Made by a program: the position numbers and the translations under genes
The notes under the pieces: model-generated
The model's database searches: none
The model's input: the letters and a program-made list of their open reading frames with translations, nothing else
Told to the model about the DNA's origin: nothing
NCBI GenBank assembly: GCA_028278335.1
Contig: JANQEN010000126.1
Location: 1 to 52,582 of the forward strand
DNA length: 52,582 bases
Source: Chitinivibrionales bacterium
Lineage (GTDB): Bacteria > Fibrobacterota > Chitinivibrionia > Chitinivibrionales > JANQEN01
Direction of reading: 5' to 3'
Shown: positions 21,842 through 31,101 of the stretch, piece after piece
Numbering within the stretch: the stretch's first letter is position 1
Layout of the letters: each line of letters begins with the position of its first letter

Positions 21842-22096
21842 CCCCTTCAATCGCACCGCCGAATGGTTCAGAAAAACGCGAGGTGCTGTTTCACGGATAC
21901 CTTCCTGGTACCCGCCCCTTGGGCATCACTTCGTGATGTGCTCTCCGACCATCCCTGGTCTCCGAGTGAGTCTGCCCAGCAGAAGAGTTCAGCGAGCGTC
22001 TGAACCTGAGGCGAACAGGGCGATTGCGGGGTGTGTTTCGTTCATGTTTGCCATCCCTGGCAAACACCCTACGGGCTGTGCCTTCGGCACAGTGCT
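21842..22096 (+). repeat. GC-rich structured repeat element, copy A (candidate ncRNA / cis-regulatory RNA). It carries a ~90-nt insertion relative to copy B.
   Basis: 5' 30 nt (ccccttcaatcgcaccgccgaatggttcag) and 3' ~95 nt (gacctgaggcga...gcgattgcggggtgtgtttcgttcatgtttgccatccctggcaaacaccctacgggctgtgccttcggcacagtgct) are near-identical to the reverse complement of 33819-33990. Contains hairpins tgtttgcca/tggcaaaca and ctgtgcc-UUCG-ggcacag. The 5' end can pair with gcgattgcgggg. Confidence 0.6.
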
Positions 22097-22368
22097 CTCT
22101 AGCCATCCTGGCTTACGAGTGCTTACTTTTTTTTGCTGCAGACCGGGCAAAAATTACAATAGAAACAATGCCGCCAGGCATTGAACTACCTTACCCAGCA
22201 GAACGGTAGTGACAATAAAGGTGAGGCGCCTGCCAGTGCGCGAACTGGCGATCTTCAATGTTTTTTGTTTTTCCTGTCATCGCGAGCGCAGCGACGCGAT
22301 CTCGTAATCTATATATACATCGGGATTGCCGTGCCACACGTCTAATGACATGAACCATTTTAAGAATT

Positions 22369-23178
22369 ATGAAGTCAAATCACATATCAATATTATTAAC
22401 TCTTTTAATTGGATGCCTCGTCAGCTCTTCTTTTGGTTGCTCACTCTTTGCTCACGTTTCCAAGGATAGTGTTATTGTTGGACGTAATTTTGACTGGCAT
22501 ACAACCGGTGGCACCATCTGGTTTATACCAAATTCCTCAAAGGGATTTGGGCGCATGACCATAACCCAACTTGGAATAAAGATGCCCTATGAAGGATTAA
22601 ATGAACAGGGTCTGTTTGTTGGTCAAGCAATGGTTAGAGACACCCGCAATAGACCTAACATCTTTCATAAACGAGTTCGTGCACCAGCATTGATTGACAA
22701 AATCCTTCGTAAGTGTAAAACTGTTGAAGAGGCAATCAAACTGGCGTCTCGAAGGCGTATTCTTTTTGGTCGATCATTGGGCTATCCCCACATACACTAT
22801 TTCTTTGTGGATGCCTCAGGTGCTTCAGCAGTGCTAGAAATCTTTGATGGTAAATTGTATATATTTCACCGTACCGGAAACAACCAAATTGTATCAAATA
22901 ATTATTGGGCGGAAAATAGAGAACTCTGTCCACGTTACCAAATCGCTGATAGCCTGTTTGCAAAAAATAACACACCCTCAACACTCTTTTCTATCAAGGT
23001 ACTGGAAAAAATTTCACAATCTATGACAGTATGGTCAAATGTTTATAACCTTAAAAAGCTTAAAGTATATCTTCGCACTGACTCTGATTTCTCCCGTATC
23101 AAGGCATTGAAACTGAATGATGAATTATCTAAAGGGCTTCACTCCTATAACTTTAAAACATGGGTTCTTGAGGATTGA
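22369..23178 (+). CDS. Secreted Ntn-hydrolase of the choloylglycine hydrolase / penicillin V acylase (linear amide C-N hydrolase) family.
   Basis: 269 aa. Signal peptide ending ...SFG followed by the nucleophile Cys (CSLFA). GRNFDWH motif typical of the CBAH family. Confidence 0.6.
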   Translation: MKSNHISILLTLLIGCLVSSSFGCSLFAHVSKDSVIVGRNFDWHTTGGTIWFIPNSSKGFGRMTITQLGIKMPYEGLNEQGLFVGQAMVRDTRNRPNIFHKRVRAPALIDKILRKCKTVEEAIKLASRRRILFGRSLGYPHIHYFFVDASGASAVLEIFDGKLYIFHRTGNNQIVSNNYWAENRELCPRYQIADSLFAKNNTPSTLFSIKVLEKISQSMTVWSNVYNLKKLKVYLRTDSDFSRIKALKLNDELSKGLHSYNFKTWVLED

Positions 23179-23467
23179 CTGGAAGAGAATTGATTACTGA
23201 ATAGTTTACATTCTGCAACCATTTTCTGTAAAGAGTCGCAATCGTGCAACGCCCCCGTTAAATCAACAGAGTGCCAACTAATGTTATAACCTAATAAATA
23301 ACATGCCCTTACGCGCCAAACGGCACTTTTGGCATACCATTTGTTTTAATTTATGGTTAAAACTGTCCAACATAGATAACAAATATTGGATACAGAGCAC
23401 CATACCACAATGGTTTGGTGATGTTGTTTAACTATTAACCTAAAACAAATTTTAAAGGAGTCTCTTT

Positions 23468-24229
23468 ATGACTAAAAGTCCTGAAGAACACTACAACGAG
23501 GAGCTTGCTACTATCATGGCAATCCCCGATGACAAGCACGCCCATTTAAACATGCCACCAGAAGTTGCCATGCAGGAGGGTAAACGTGTTGCTGCCCTTT
23601 CAGTAAAGTACAAGTCCGAGCTTTCTGAGACAGAGATTGATCCAGCACTTCTTGACTCAGTAGAAGCGCGCGCCGAAGCCTATGCCTATAGTGTGGCAGC
23701 CTGTGATATCTATCAATCCGCAGGTCCAGCACTAAAGGAAAAGTACCAGGAAGCCAAAAGAAAGGCCTATGCCTTACGAACCAAACTGCTTAAGAGTCTG
23801 GAATATCTCTTTCGCCAAGACCCAAACACATTGGAGCGTATTGCAGTTATACGATCAGGCAAAGGTGATGGGGACCTGCACAAGGATATGCTCTCCTGCC
23901 ATAAGCTCTGCAAAGAAAAAGAGGAATTTTTGGCTGCCACCAATTTTGATATGGCCCTGGCTCAACAGGCAGTTGCTCTTTGGGAAGAGATGGCACACCT
24001 TGACTCAGAAGCAGACATCAATCCTGAAAGAGTAAACGAGGCTAAGCGGATTTGTGCTAAAGCTTGGACCTATTTACATGAAGCCTTGGACGAGATTTAT
24101 GCTGCTGGGCGGTATCGATTCATGGATGAACCAGAGGTTGAAGAACTGTTCTACCGCGACTATATTCAAGAGTTGCGGAAAAGATCAGCCAAGAATAATA
24201 CAGCCGAAGAAGCATCTGTGACCCCGTAA
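23468..24229 (+). CDS. Hypothetical all-alpha cytoplasmic protein.
   Basis: 253 aa, RBS-like ggag upstream. No recognizable family. Confidence 0.5.
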   Translation: MTKSPEEHYNEELATIMAIPDDKHAHLNMPPEVAMQEGKRVAALSVKYKSELSETEIDPALLDSVEARAEAYAYSVAACDIYQSAGPALKEKYQEAKRKAYALRTKLLKSLEYLFRQDPNTLERIAVIRSGKGDGDLHKDMLSCHKLCKEKEEFLAATNFDMALAQQAVALWEEMAHLDSEADINPERVNEAKRICAKAWTYLHEALDEIYAAGRYRFMDEPEVEELFYRDYIQELRKRSAKNNTAEEASVTP

Positions 24230-24313
24230 AGCGATTTTAATACTCTTGTGATGATCTATGCTGGGTGTCTCCTTGGGGAGGCACCCTTTTTTTATCAATC
24301 TAATATAACAAAC

Positions 24314-24562
24314 TTAATGCCTTTATAAACAATAGCCTAAAGTTTAGAAGACTATGCCTAAATGATATGTAAGGGGGCGTAATGTTTATGAAATAGGGCC
24401 TAATGTTTATAGGACTAGGCGTAATTATTGATCAGGGGGGTCGTAATTTAGATATGAGGGGGGCTTAATTTCGATGACACCGGGCATATATTCGTTATGA
24501 GGGGCCCTAAATTTATTCACATGGGGCTTAATGTTTGTGAAGAGGCGAATATTATTTGGTTT
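24314..24562. repeat. Degenerate tandem array (~12 units of 17-24 bp) with consensus GGGG(C)CNTAAT(G)TTTAT.
   Basis: Units start at ~24373, 24396, 24418, 24435, 24458, 24482, 24501, 24523, 24544 (gggggcgtaatgtttatg, gggcctaatgtttatagg, ggggggtcgtaatttagat, ...). In the convergent intergenic region at the edge of the AT-rich islet. Confidence 0.6.
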
Positions 24563-24571
24563 GTTGTTAAT

Positions 24572-25837
24572 TCACGCTCCTTGACTTATTATTACCTTTT
24601 CTAATCTTTTCTTTTTAACTTGGGGGAACTTAAATGATAGCTCCTTAATTCCCATTTTTTTGGTTTTTCTGCCTTCTCTTATTTTCTCAGATATATTGAG
24701 AGCCTGACTTTCTAACTTATCACAATACTCAAAAACTTCTTTTGTCATATCATTAGAGAGTTCTGGCATCTTTTCAAGCAAACGCTTTTCTCTATCAATA
24801 CTTTTTTCTGGATCAAGTGGTTGAGCAATACTAATAGCTAAATCAACTATTTTTGCGTTTAATTTTACAAATTGTCTCTCTTTTTCCCATTCTTTGTACA
24901 ATTCTTGGTTTTTTAAATAGTCTATTACTGGATACGTTATAGGTATCATCAAACCTAACCAAAGAAGAAAGAATATGGCTGAGGCAACAAGCATTCCATC
25001 AAGGATGATCCCTTTATATGAACCTGTAGGTTTTTTTAATTCCGCAAACTTGGCAGCAATATATTTCCATTTTGAATTATGTAACGGATAAACTATTAGA
25101 GTGTCGTTCTTTTTAAATTTCCTTGGACTGTTATTATTAAAACTCCATCCAACGGTTGCCTTTGAGCTATCAGGCAAATATCCATGAATACGATATTGGA
25201 AAGTAAAGGGCAACCGTTTATCAATTTTAGATATCGCCTGGACAGAAAAAATACCCGGTGAATTCCAGTCAATATTTTTATGCTTGTTAAGGTTTGACAG
25301 ACCCCAAATTGCAAACAATACAGAGAGTCCCAAAATTATATACATACCACTTCTGAAAGTCGATGAAATAAGAATCTTCACATAAAAGCAAACTTTACCA
25401 AATATCGACTTGGAGATTTTTTTCTCATCCTCTGACTCCGTACTGCCTGAAGTAATTAAGGATATGGTTTGTACAAGCACAAAAAAATAGAAGACATAAA
25501 AGTCATTGAACCTACGGTAAATAAAGTGGAAATAAAAACTGATAATAATTGAAATTCCCAACATATACCATTCTATAGCGATTTCGCTCATCTGTTTCTT
25601 TAGTCTCGCCCTTCGCTTTTTCAAGAATATCAGGGTATATATTACAGTAATTAGCCACGTATCTGCAAAAGCTCCAGCAAAAAAGAAGAAATATCTCCGT
25701 CCCCAAAAAAATAAACCCGCAACGAAAAGAGCAAACAATACCACGGCGAACCTATCTTCCTTTGATGCCCCTTTCCATTTGTTAGTAATTGCTAAAATTG
25801 GATTTATATTTCGCATCCTTCTTTCCTTGATGACCAT
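24572..25837 (-). CDS. Hypothetical polytopic membrane protein with a long C-terminal cytoplasmic coiled-coil tail.
   Basis: 421 aa. 4-5 N-terminal TM helices, a central soluble beta-rich segment, an additional TM, Lys/Glu-rich helical C-terminus. AT-rich codon usage distinct from neighbours. Confidence 0.5.
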   Translation of the reverse strand: MVIKERRMRNINPILAITNKWKGASKEDRFAVVLFALFVAGLFFWGRRYFFFFAGAFADTWLITVIYTLIFLKKRRARLKKQMSEIAIEWYMLGISIIISFYFHFIYRRFNDFYVFYFFVLVQTISLITSGSTESEDEKKISKSIFGKVCFYVKILISSTFRSGMYIILGLSVLFAIWGLSNLNKHKNIDWNSPGIFSVQAISKIDKRLPFTFQYRIHGYLPDSSKATVGWSFNNNSPRKFKKNDTLIVYPLHNSKWKYIAAKFAELKKPTGSYKGIILDGMLVASAIFFLLWLGLMIPITYPVIDYLKNQELYKEWEKERQFVKLNAKIVDLAISIAQPLDPEKSIDREKRLLEKMPELSNDMTKEVFEYCDKLESQALNISEKIREGRKTKKMGIKELSFKFPQVKKKRLEKVIISQGA

Positions 25838-25859
25838 GATTGACAGGTCTTTATTATGA

Positions 25860-26414
25860 TTAAAAAGTAGTCATACCCACAAACGTAATAGCATGAAGCA
25901 AGAATATGTAACAGATCACAAATAGCAAAATATTTATTCGCTTTTTCGGCAATTGTGAATTGTCGACTTCCTTTTTCCCATTTTTGATGAATTGGTCCCT
26001 AATTCCCGGAAAAACAAATTCAGAAAAAAATAAACCATAAAGTATTGTTAATAATGCTACGGCAATGTTTGGTCCCAATGACTCTATATCACTCATATTC
26101 CCCAACATGAGAACCAAAACAATTAGTGTCCAAATTATTCCACCAGCTAAAGAATAATTTGAAGCTGAAGTAAAATATTGAATTAAAAAATTCCTCTCAT
26201 CATCTCTCAAATCATCTTTTGGGGCAAATATTTTTGAAAAGGAATAAGAAATATTTTTAAAGCCATATGAATAAATGAGCCCACAGATTACAGCACCAAG
26301 CACAACAACAATTGATGGAGGGTCGATAAAATCTAAAACACGATCAGGCCCTACTGCTAAAAGTATTATTCCAAAAAATAAAAGTAATCCGATTATTCTC
26401 ATTTGATTCTCCAA
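25860..26414 (-). CDS. Small MotA/TolQ/ExbB-family-like proton-channel protein (orphan).
   Basis: 184 aa, 3-4 TM. C-terminal TM segment LGPNIAVALLTILYGLFFSEFVFP matches the MotA/ExbB signature (G..[IM]AVAL.TT.YG....P). No MotB/ExbD/TolR-like partner adjacent. Confidence 0.45.
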   Translation of the reverse strand: MENQMRIIGLLLFFGIILLAVGPDRVLDFIDPPSIVVVLGAVICGLIYSYGFKNISYSFSKIFAPKDDLRDDERNFLIQYFTSASNYSLAGGIIWTLIVLVLMLGNMSDIESLGPNIAVALLTILYGLFFSEFVFPGIRDQFIKNGKKEVDNSQLPKKRINILLFVICYIFLLHAITFVGMTTF

Positions 26415-26654
26415 GTTTTAATAACTATAAATTAAAAAGGAAATGCATCCCAAAAATCCTCAAGTATATCTTTCCATTTTCTGTTGAATATCAATGAAAA
26501 CACTACATAAATAATAAAAGGTATAAGAAGAATAAGAATCATTATCATTTTGATGTTGACCTATAAGCAATCACGACAATAATCACCTATGAAAATTTAC
26601 TGTTAATAATCAGAAAGAGTATTTGAATTAATTCCATTTTCTTTTCTACCAATT

Positions 26655-27557
26655 CTAATGGTAAATCCATGTAAAGTCTGCAATACTTGAGCAGTTATCA
26701 AAGAACATCACGTAACCATCCTGAACATATCGTGACACAAAAAATATGATCTCACTTTGGCCATCACCGTCATAATCTCCTGCATCAACTAAGGAAGCAC
26801 TTGATTCGTCATCATCGCCAAATTCATCTAATTCGTACTTTTTATCCATCAATTTAGTAAGATTGCATATGAAACCGTCATTAGACACATAAAACCAAGC
26901 GCTTGTTCTACGATGGGTGGCCAATTGTATTAAGGCATCATTCTTGTTCGAACAATATGACTTCATCGCCTCAACTTTACCAGTGATACTCCTTCTTCCT
27001 TTAGTATTCCAGTATAGAGGTATGAGAGAATCTACCAAATGTTTTGGTGGGATGAACGGTTTCCATCGTTCAGGGTCTTTACAGTTATCTTTAGAAACAA
27101 CAATCAGAGGGCGTGGATATTGCCCTCCCGGTTCTCCTGCAAACTCAGATGTTGGTTTTCCTACTGTTGGAAGGTTCTTCTGAACTGGCAAATGATGTGC
27201 ATCCCGAGGGAATGTCCACGAGTAGTTTTTCCATCTGAGTGGTTCCATTTTAGATGAAAAATGACCAAGTTTTCTTCCGTCGAATGCAATATACCATTTA
27301 GATGACTTCGGGTACATTTGCTGTTTTACCACACTATCGCACATTGAAATCCAACGATCTCCACTCTTCATGAACAAGACACGTACAATTTTTTTCGTTG
27401 ATAAATTTCCTTCATTTCTGTACTCAGTGTCTGGCCAACGACTAAATTTTGTTTCAAGGGTACCGACGAATATTGTGTCATTTTCTGCAAAAGAAAAACG
27501 AAGTAATATGAACAGAATTGCGAAGGCTAGTGCTACATTTAAGAAGGGATGATTCAT
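26655..27557 (-). CDS. Hypothetical secreted protein with a C-terminal FG-GAP/VCBS-like Asp-rich calcium-binding motif.
   Basis: 300 aa. Signal peptide. Motif DAGDYDGDGQSEIIF near the C-terminus. Confidence 0.45.
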   Translation of the reverse strand: MNHPFLNVALAFAILFILLRFSFAENDTIFVGTLETKFSRWPDTEYRNEGNLSTKKIVRVLFMKSGDRWISMCDSVVKQQMYPKSSKWYIAFDGRKLGHFSSKMEPLRWKNYSWTFPRDAHHLPVQKNLPTVGKPTSEFAGEPGGQYPRPLIVVSKDNCKDPERWKPFIPPKHLVDSLIPLYWNTKGRRSITGKVEAMKSYCSNKNDALIQLATHRRTSAWFYVSNDGFICNLTKLMDKKYELDEFGDDDESSASLVDAGDYDGDGQSEIIFFVSRYVQDGYVMFFDNCSSIADFTWIYH

Positions 27558-27699
27558 TATTTATTCTTTCACCATAGTATTTTCGAGAGTTAAATGTTTT
27601 TTAAAGGGTGTCCATCTATTGCGTAACAATGCACAGTTACGCTTGTGTACTGCAAACTGTTACAAATAAGCATTTTCCTTTTAGCTAAGCTATACATAA

Positions 27700-27942
27700 T
27701 CAATTTTTATGAAAGTGAAAATACCAATAAATAAATGCACTGAGATAACCAATAAGAACTAATGATTCAAATATTGTAAAAAATAGTTTGAATGCATTTT
27801 TATAGGCATCTGGTGACCACTCATCGTTCATTGCTTTGTTTTCAACCGTTTCATCAGCCTGCTTTTTTGCTGCATAGCAAGCTGCCATCGACATTACAAT
27901 AAACTTGACGATTAATCCAATTAGAATGGTGTTTGAATCCAT
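27700..27942 (-). CDS. Small two-TM membrane protein.
   Basis: 80 aa, two hydrophobic helices. Uncertain. Confidence 0.3.
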   Translation of the reverse strand: MDSNTILIGLIVKFIVMSMAACYAAKKQADETVENKAMNDEWSPDAYKNAFKLFFTIFESLVLIGYLSAFIYWYFHFHKN

Positions 27943-28204
27943 CTGTTTATTCTTTTTCTACACTATTACATAAATCATTGTGGTAGTATATTTCACACAA
28001 CAAATCATTACATAGTCAAAGGTCACAAAATTACTTTTTATAGATTATGAATTCCAATTATAGTTTGTATATTAAACCTTTGTAATCTATAATGCAAATT
28101 TAAAAATCGCATTGACTCAATAACAATTCCAAATCAAAGATGACGTCCTGAATATAATGAAAATATATAAAAGGTTTGGTTTTGGAAATTGTGTTGGAAA
28201 ATAA

Positions 28205-28675
28205 TATTGAAGTTAGCCCAGAGGGCTTAGACATACCAGCCTGGGCCAGCGGCCCAGGTGTATAGATCATCATAAATCCCTTCAGCCTGAAGGGCTGAGA
28301 CAATATAGGAAAAGTAAAGTTCGCCCTCGTCGAGGACGTTGGGTTTGTTATTATCTCAATCCCCAGGCTCCTTCGTCGCCTGGGGCTATTCAAGGTTATA
28401 CCCCTTCGGGGATAAAAAGTTTGAAGTGTAAAGTGCCTAAAGTGAGCTAAAGTTTGAAAATCTGAAGAGTGTTTTAAAGTTATGGATTTTATCGCTGCGC
28501 TGCGCTCGCAATGACAATTGCGGTTCAATTCTTTTTTATGAATCTTTTAATATTTTGGGTTAGCCAGGCGGCGGGTGGCCGCAGGCCAGTCTGAGCAACG
28601 CGAAGACCGACCAGAGGGCAGCCCAGAGCCACGGCGACCTGAACGGAGTGAAGGAACCCCCATATATTTTTTTTT
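28205..28675. other. Cluster of at least 8 short GC-rich perfect hairpins in AT-rich DNA (candidate structured ncRNA(s) or REP-like elements), upstream of rtcB.
   Basis: Hairpins cctgggcc-agc-ggcccagg, ccttca-gcc-tgaagg, ccctcg-tc-gaggac, ccccaggc-(9)-gcctgggg, cccc-ttcg-gggg, gcggc-gggtg-gccgc and others. No credible ORF. Confidence 0.5.
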
Positions 28676-28989
28676 AATGACGATTTAAAGATTAAAACAT
28701 TATATGGGATTCGCTGGTCAGCAGAAAATGCAATCGCACAAGCAGCACCCCAGTATTTATCAAAAGACGATAGATTGCCGCGCTACGCTCGCAATAACAA
28801 ATAAAGAAGTTCTCAATAATATGTTTCGATCAAGTCGCCCAATCAACAAAAACATTCCAGATAAAAATCCCTTTATTCCACAGTAACTAAATGATATTTT
28901 AGTAGATACATAGTACTATCTAAAATGAGCGATTTTATTTAGAAAAACTAGCATCATACCTATTTCTATTTTCGAAACAGCAGAATCCC

Positions 28990-30363
28990 ATGAAGTCACG
29001 GGAATTGAAAAATGTGGGAATCCCAAAGGGGCCCGCAATGAAGGCTGCCTTTGCTGCGCTTAAGCTTCTTTCTCAAAGCAATTTGGCGCAACCCTATGAT
29101 GAGCTTTTTGCAGAGGTTGTCCAAAGTCCAAAGAGGTATCTCAACCATCCTATACTGGCAAAACTTGCAGAGCTGCTTGCTGAAGCACCGCTAAAGGAAC
29201 AAAGAGCGGTTGGGCGAGCCACACCGGCTCCCATGCAAATCTGGGGAGAGGATTTTGAGCCAGAGGCCATAAACCAACTGACCCGAGCCTGCCATTTACC
29301 GGTGTCGGTTCGGGGAGCATTGATGCCTGATGCTCATGTGGGATACGGATTGCCCATTGGTGGGGTGCTTGCAACAGAGAATGCGGTTATCCCCTATGCG
29401 GTGGGCGTTGATATTGCCTGTCGCATGAAAATGACGATTTTGGATCTTCCCCTGTCTGCCTTGAGCACTGAGCTTGCCCGGTTGAAGCAGGTGCTCAATA
29501 GAGAGACGAGCTTTGGTGTTGGCGCAGAGTTTTCCCGGCGAAAGCATCACCGGGTTATGGATAGGAAATGGAACAATTCACCGGTCACTAAAAAGCTAAA
29601 GGACAAAGCCTGGGCTCAGTTGGGTACCAGTGGAAGTGGGAACCATTTTGTTGAGTTTGGAGTGCTTACCGTTTTAGAGGATCAATTTTTACTCAAGCCG
29701 GGAACCTATTTTGCGCTGCTGAGCCACAGTGGTAGCCGCGGTGTGGGTAATGAGGTTGCTACCTATTATAGTAAAATAGCCAGGACCACTAATCCCACGC
29801 TTCCCAGAGAATCTGCCCATCTGGCTTGGCTTGATTTAGACTCTCAGATTGGTCAGGAGTACTGGCAGGCCATGACCTTAATGGGTCACTATGCAGCAGC
29901 AAATCATGAGTGTATTCATTCGGCCATACACCATGCTCTTGGTGCTGAAGTTCTATTAGATTTAGAGAACCATCACAACTTTGCCTGGAAAGAGCGCTAT
30001 AACGGAAGTGATGTGATTGTCCATCGTAAAGGAGCAACTCCTGCAGCCACGGGCGTCTATGGGATCATCCCTGGATCAATGGCTACTCCCGGCTATGTAG
30101 TACGTGGGTTGGGCAACGAGGATTCGCTCAATTCCGCCTCCCATGGAGCAGGAAGAAAAATGAGTAGGCAGGCTGCTAAAAGATGTTTTTCATGGCAAGA
30201 GGCTCAGCACTATTTAGAAAAACAGGGTGTGACAGTTATCTCTGCAGGATTAGATGAAGTACCCATGGCATACAAAGATATTGATGCGGTTATGGAAGCT
30301 CAATCGGATCTGGTGGAAACAGTGGCACGCTTTGATCCAAAGATAGTTAAAATGGCAAAATGA
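28990..30363 (+). CDS. rtcB: RNA-splicing ligase RtcB (3'-phosphate / 2',3'-cyclic phosphate RNA ligase).
   Basis: 457 aa. MPDAHVGYG, GVDIACRM, SGSGNHFVEFG, HRKGAT and HGAGR motifs diagnostic of RtcB. Confidence 0.85.
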   Translation: MKSRELKNVGIPKGPAMKAAFAALKLLSQSNLAQPYDELFAEVVQSPKRYLNHPILAKLAELLAEAPLKEQRAVGRATPAPMQIWGEDFEPEAINQLTRACHLPVSVRGALMPDAHVGYGLPIGGVLATENAVIPYAVGVDIACRMKMTILDLPLSALSTELARLKQVLNRETSFGVGAEFSRRKHHRVMDRKWNNSPVTKKLKDKAWAQLGTSGSGNHFVEFGVLTVLEDQFLLKPGTYFALLSHSGSRGVGNEVATYYSKIARTTNPTLPRESAHLAWLDLDSQIGQEYWQAMTLMGHYAAANHECIHSAIHHALGAEVLLDLENHHNFAWKERYNGSDVIVHRKGATPAATGVYGIIPGSMATPGYVVRGLGNEDSLNSASHGAGRKMSRQAAKRCFSWQEAQHYLEKQGVTVISAGLDEVPMAYKDIDAVMEAQSDLVETVARFDPKIVKMAK

Positions 30364-30468
30364 AACAGTGTCCTCTTTGTGGCAGGGATCTGAATTTTTA
30401 GAACTAATGTAGTAGCGATTTAAAACCTTTTTTATTATATTATCCACTTTGATCCTAACGAATCAACC

Positions 30469-31101
30469 GTGGAAGGTGCAATGATTACAATTATTGACTA
30501 CAAAGCAGGCAATCTGACATCGGTAAAACGGGCCTTGGATTATCTTGGTATTGAATCAATTATCACTCCTGATAAGGATGCTGTTGCTGGGGCAGAACGT
30601 ATCATCTTTCCTGGTGTGGGACACGCCAAAACCGCAATCGCGGTTTTACAGGAACGGGGACTGGATATTGCTCTTAAGGAGGCCTTTGCCAAGGGAACTC
30701 CCATAATGGGGATCTGTTTGGGTAGCCAGATTATCCTTTCTCAGTCCCAAGAGGGAGACACCAATTGTTTAGGATTGATTGAAGGAAATTGTCCAAAGTT
30801 TGTTTTAGAGGACCCTTCCCTAAAAATTCCGCACATGGGGTGGAATGTAGTCACGGTAACCCGCGATCACTATATACTAAAAGATGTAAAGTCCGGTGAT
30901 GAATTCTATTTTGTTCACTCCTTCTATCCTTTACCAGCAGAGGAGAGTGCCGTATTTGCACACTCTGATTATGAGGTAACCTTTCCTGCAGCCATTGGAT
31001 ATATGAACCTATTTGCAACCCAGTTTCACCCGGAAAAGAGTGGTCCCATTGGTCTTCAGATGTTGAAAAACTTTTCAGAATGGGACGGTACAGCATGCTA
31101 A
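30469..31101 (+). CDS. hisH: Imidazole glycerol phosphate synthase, glutamine amidotransferase subunit HisH (true start possibly ATG at 30481).
   Basis: 210 aa. Class I GATase with catalytic Cys in GICLGSQ and a His/Glu C-terminal motif. Followed by hisF with overlap. Confidence 0.8.
   Translation: MEGAMITIIDYKAGNLTSVKRALDYLGIESIITPDKDAVAGAERIIFPGVGHAKTAIAVLQERGLDIALKEAFAKGTPIMGICLGSQIILSQSQEGDTNCLGLIEGNCPKFVLEDPSLKIPHMGWNVVTVTRDHYILKDVKSGDEFYFVHSFYPLPAEESAVFAHSDYEVTFPAAIGYMNLFATQFHPEKSGPIGLQMLKNFSEWDGTAC

Noticed and set aside
21870-21910. GGUGCUGUUU in copy A resembles the 5' conserved motif of SRP (4.5S) RNA.
   Set aside because: The downstream SRP domain IV consensus (GGAAGCAGCCA and symmetric loop) is absent, and the element is duplicated. 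Not SRP RNA.
21842-22096. Assignment of the structured repeat to a known riboswitch class (TPP, cobalamin, c-di-GMP, ydaO, SAM).
   Set aside because: Only superficial matches (CUGAGG, GGCAAACA). Class-defining cores (e.g. CUGAGA plus pyrimidine-sensing helix, B12 box GCCACUG) are absent.
21821-22209. Several 60-83 aa ORFs on both strands across structured repeat copy A, and the matching 88-aa ORF 33777-34043 across copy B (shared peptide RGVFRSCLPS).
   Set aside because: They are products of GC-rich repeat sequence. They overlap each other in multiple frames, have no RBS, and their similarity is explained by the nucleotide repeat.
24314-24562. Possible CRISPR array.
   Set aside because: The repeat units are degenerate (17-24 bp, many substitutions). 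There are no unique spacers of regular length and no cas genes nearby.
28100-28886. 142-aa minus-strand ORF and 60-aa plus-strand ORF across the hairpin cluster. Two short frames encode ...AALRSQ* reminiscent of tmRNA tag peptides.
   Set aside because: The ORFs are Arg/Ser/Pro-rich translations of palindromic GC hairpins. No tRNA-like acceptor/T-arm (GGTTCGA..CCA) flanks the AALRSQ frames, so tmRNA was rejected. The repeated frame is explained by the dispersed GCTCGCAATGACA motif.
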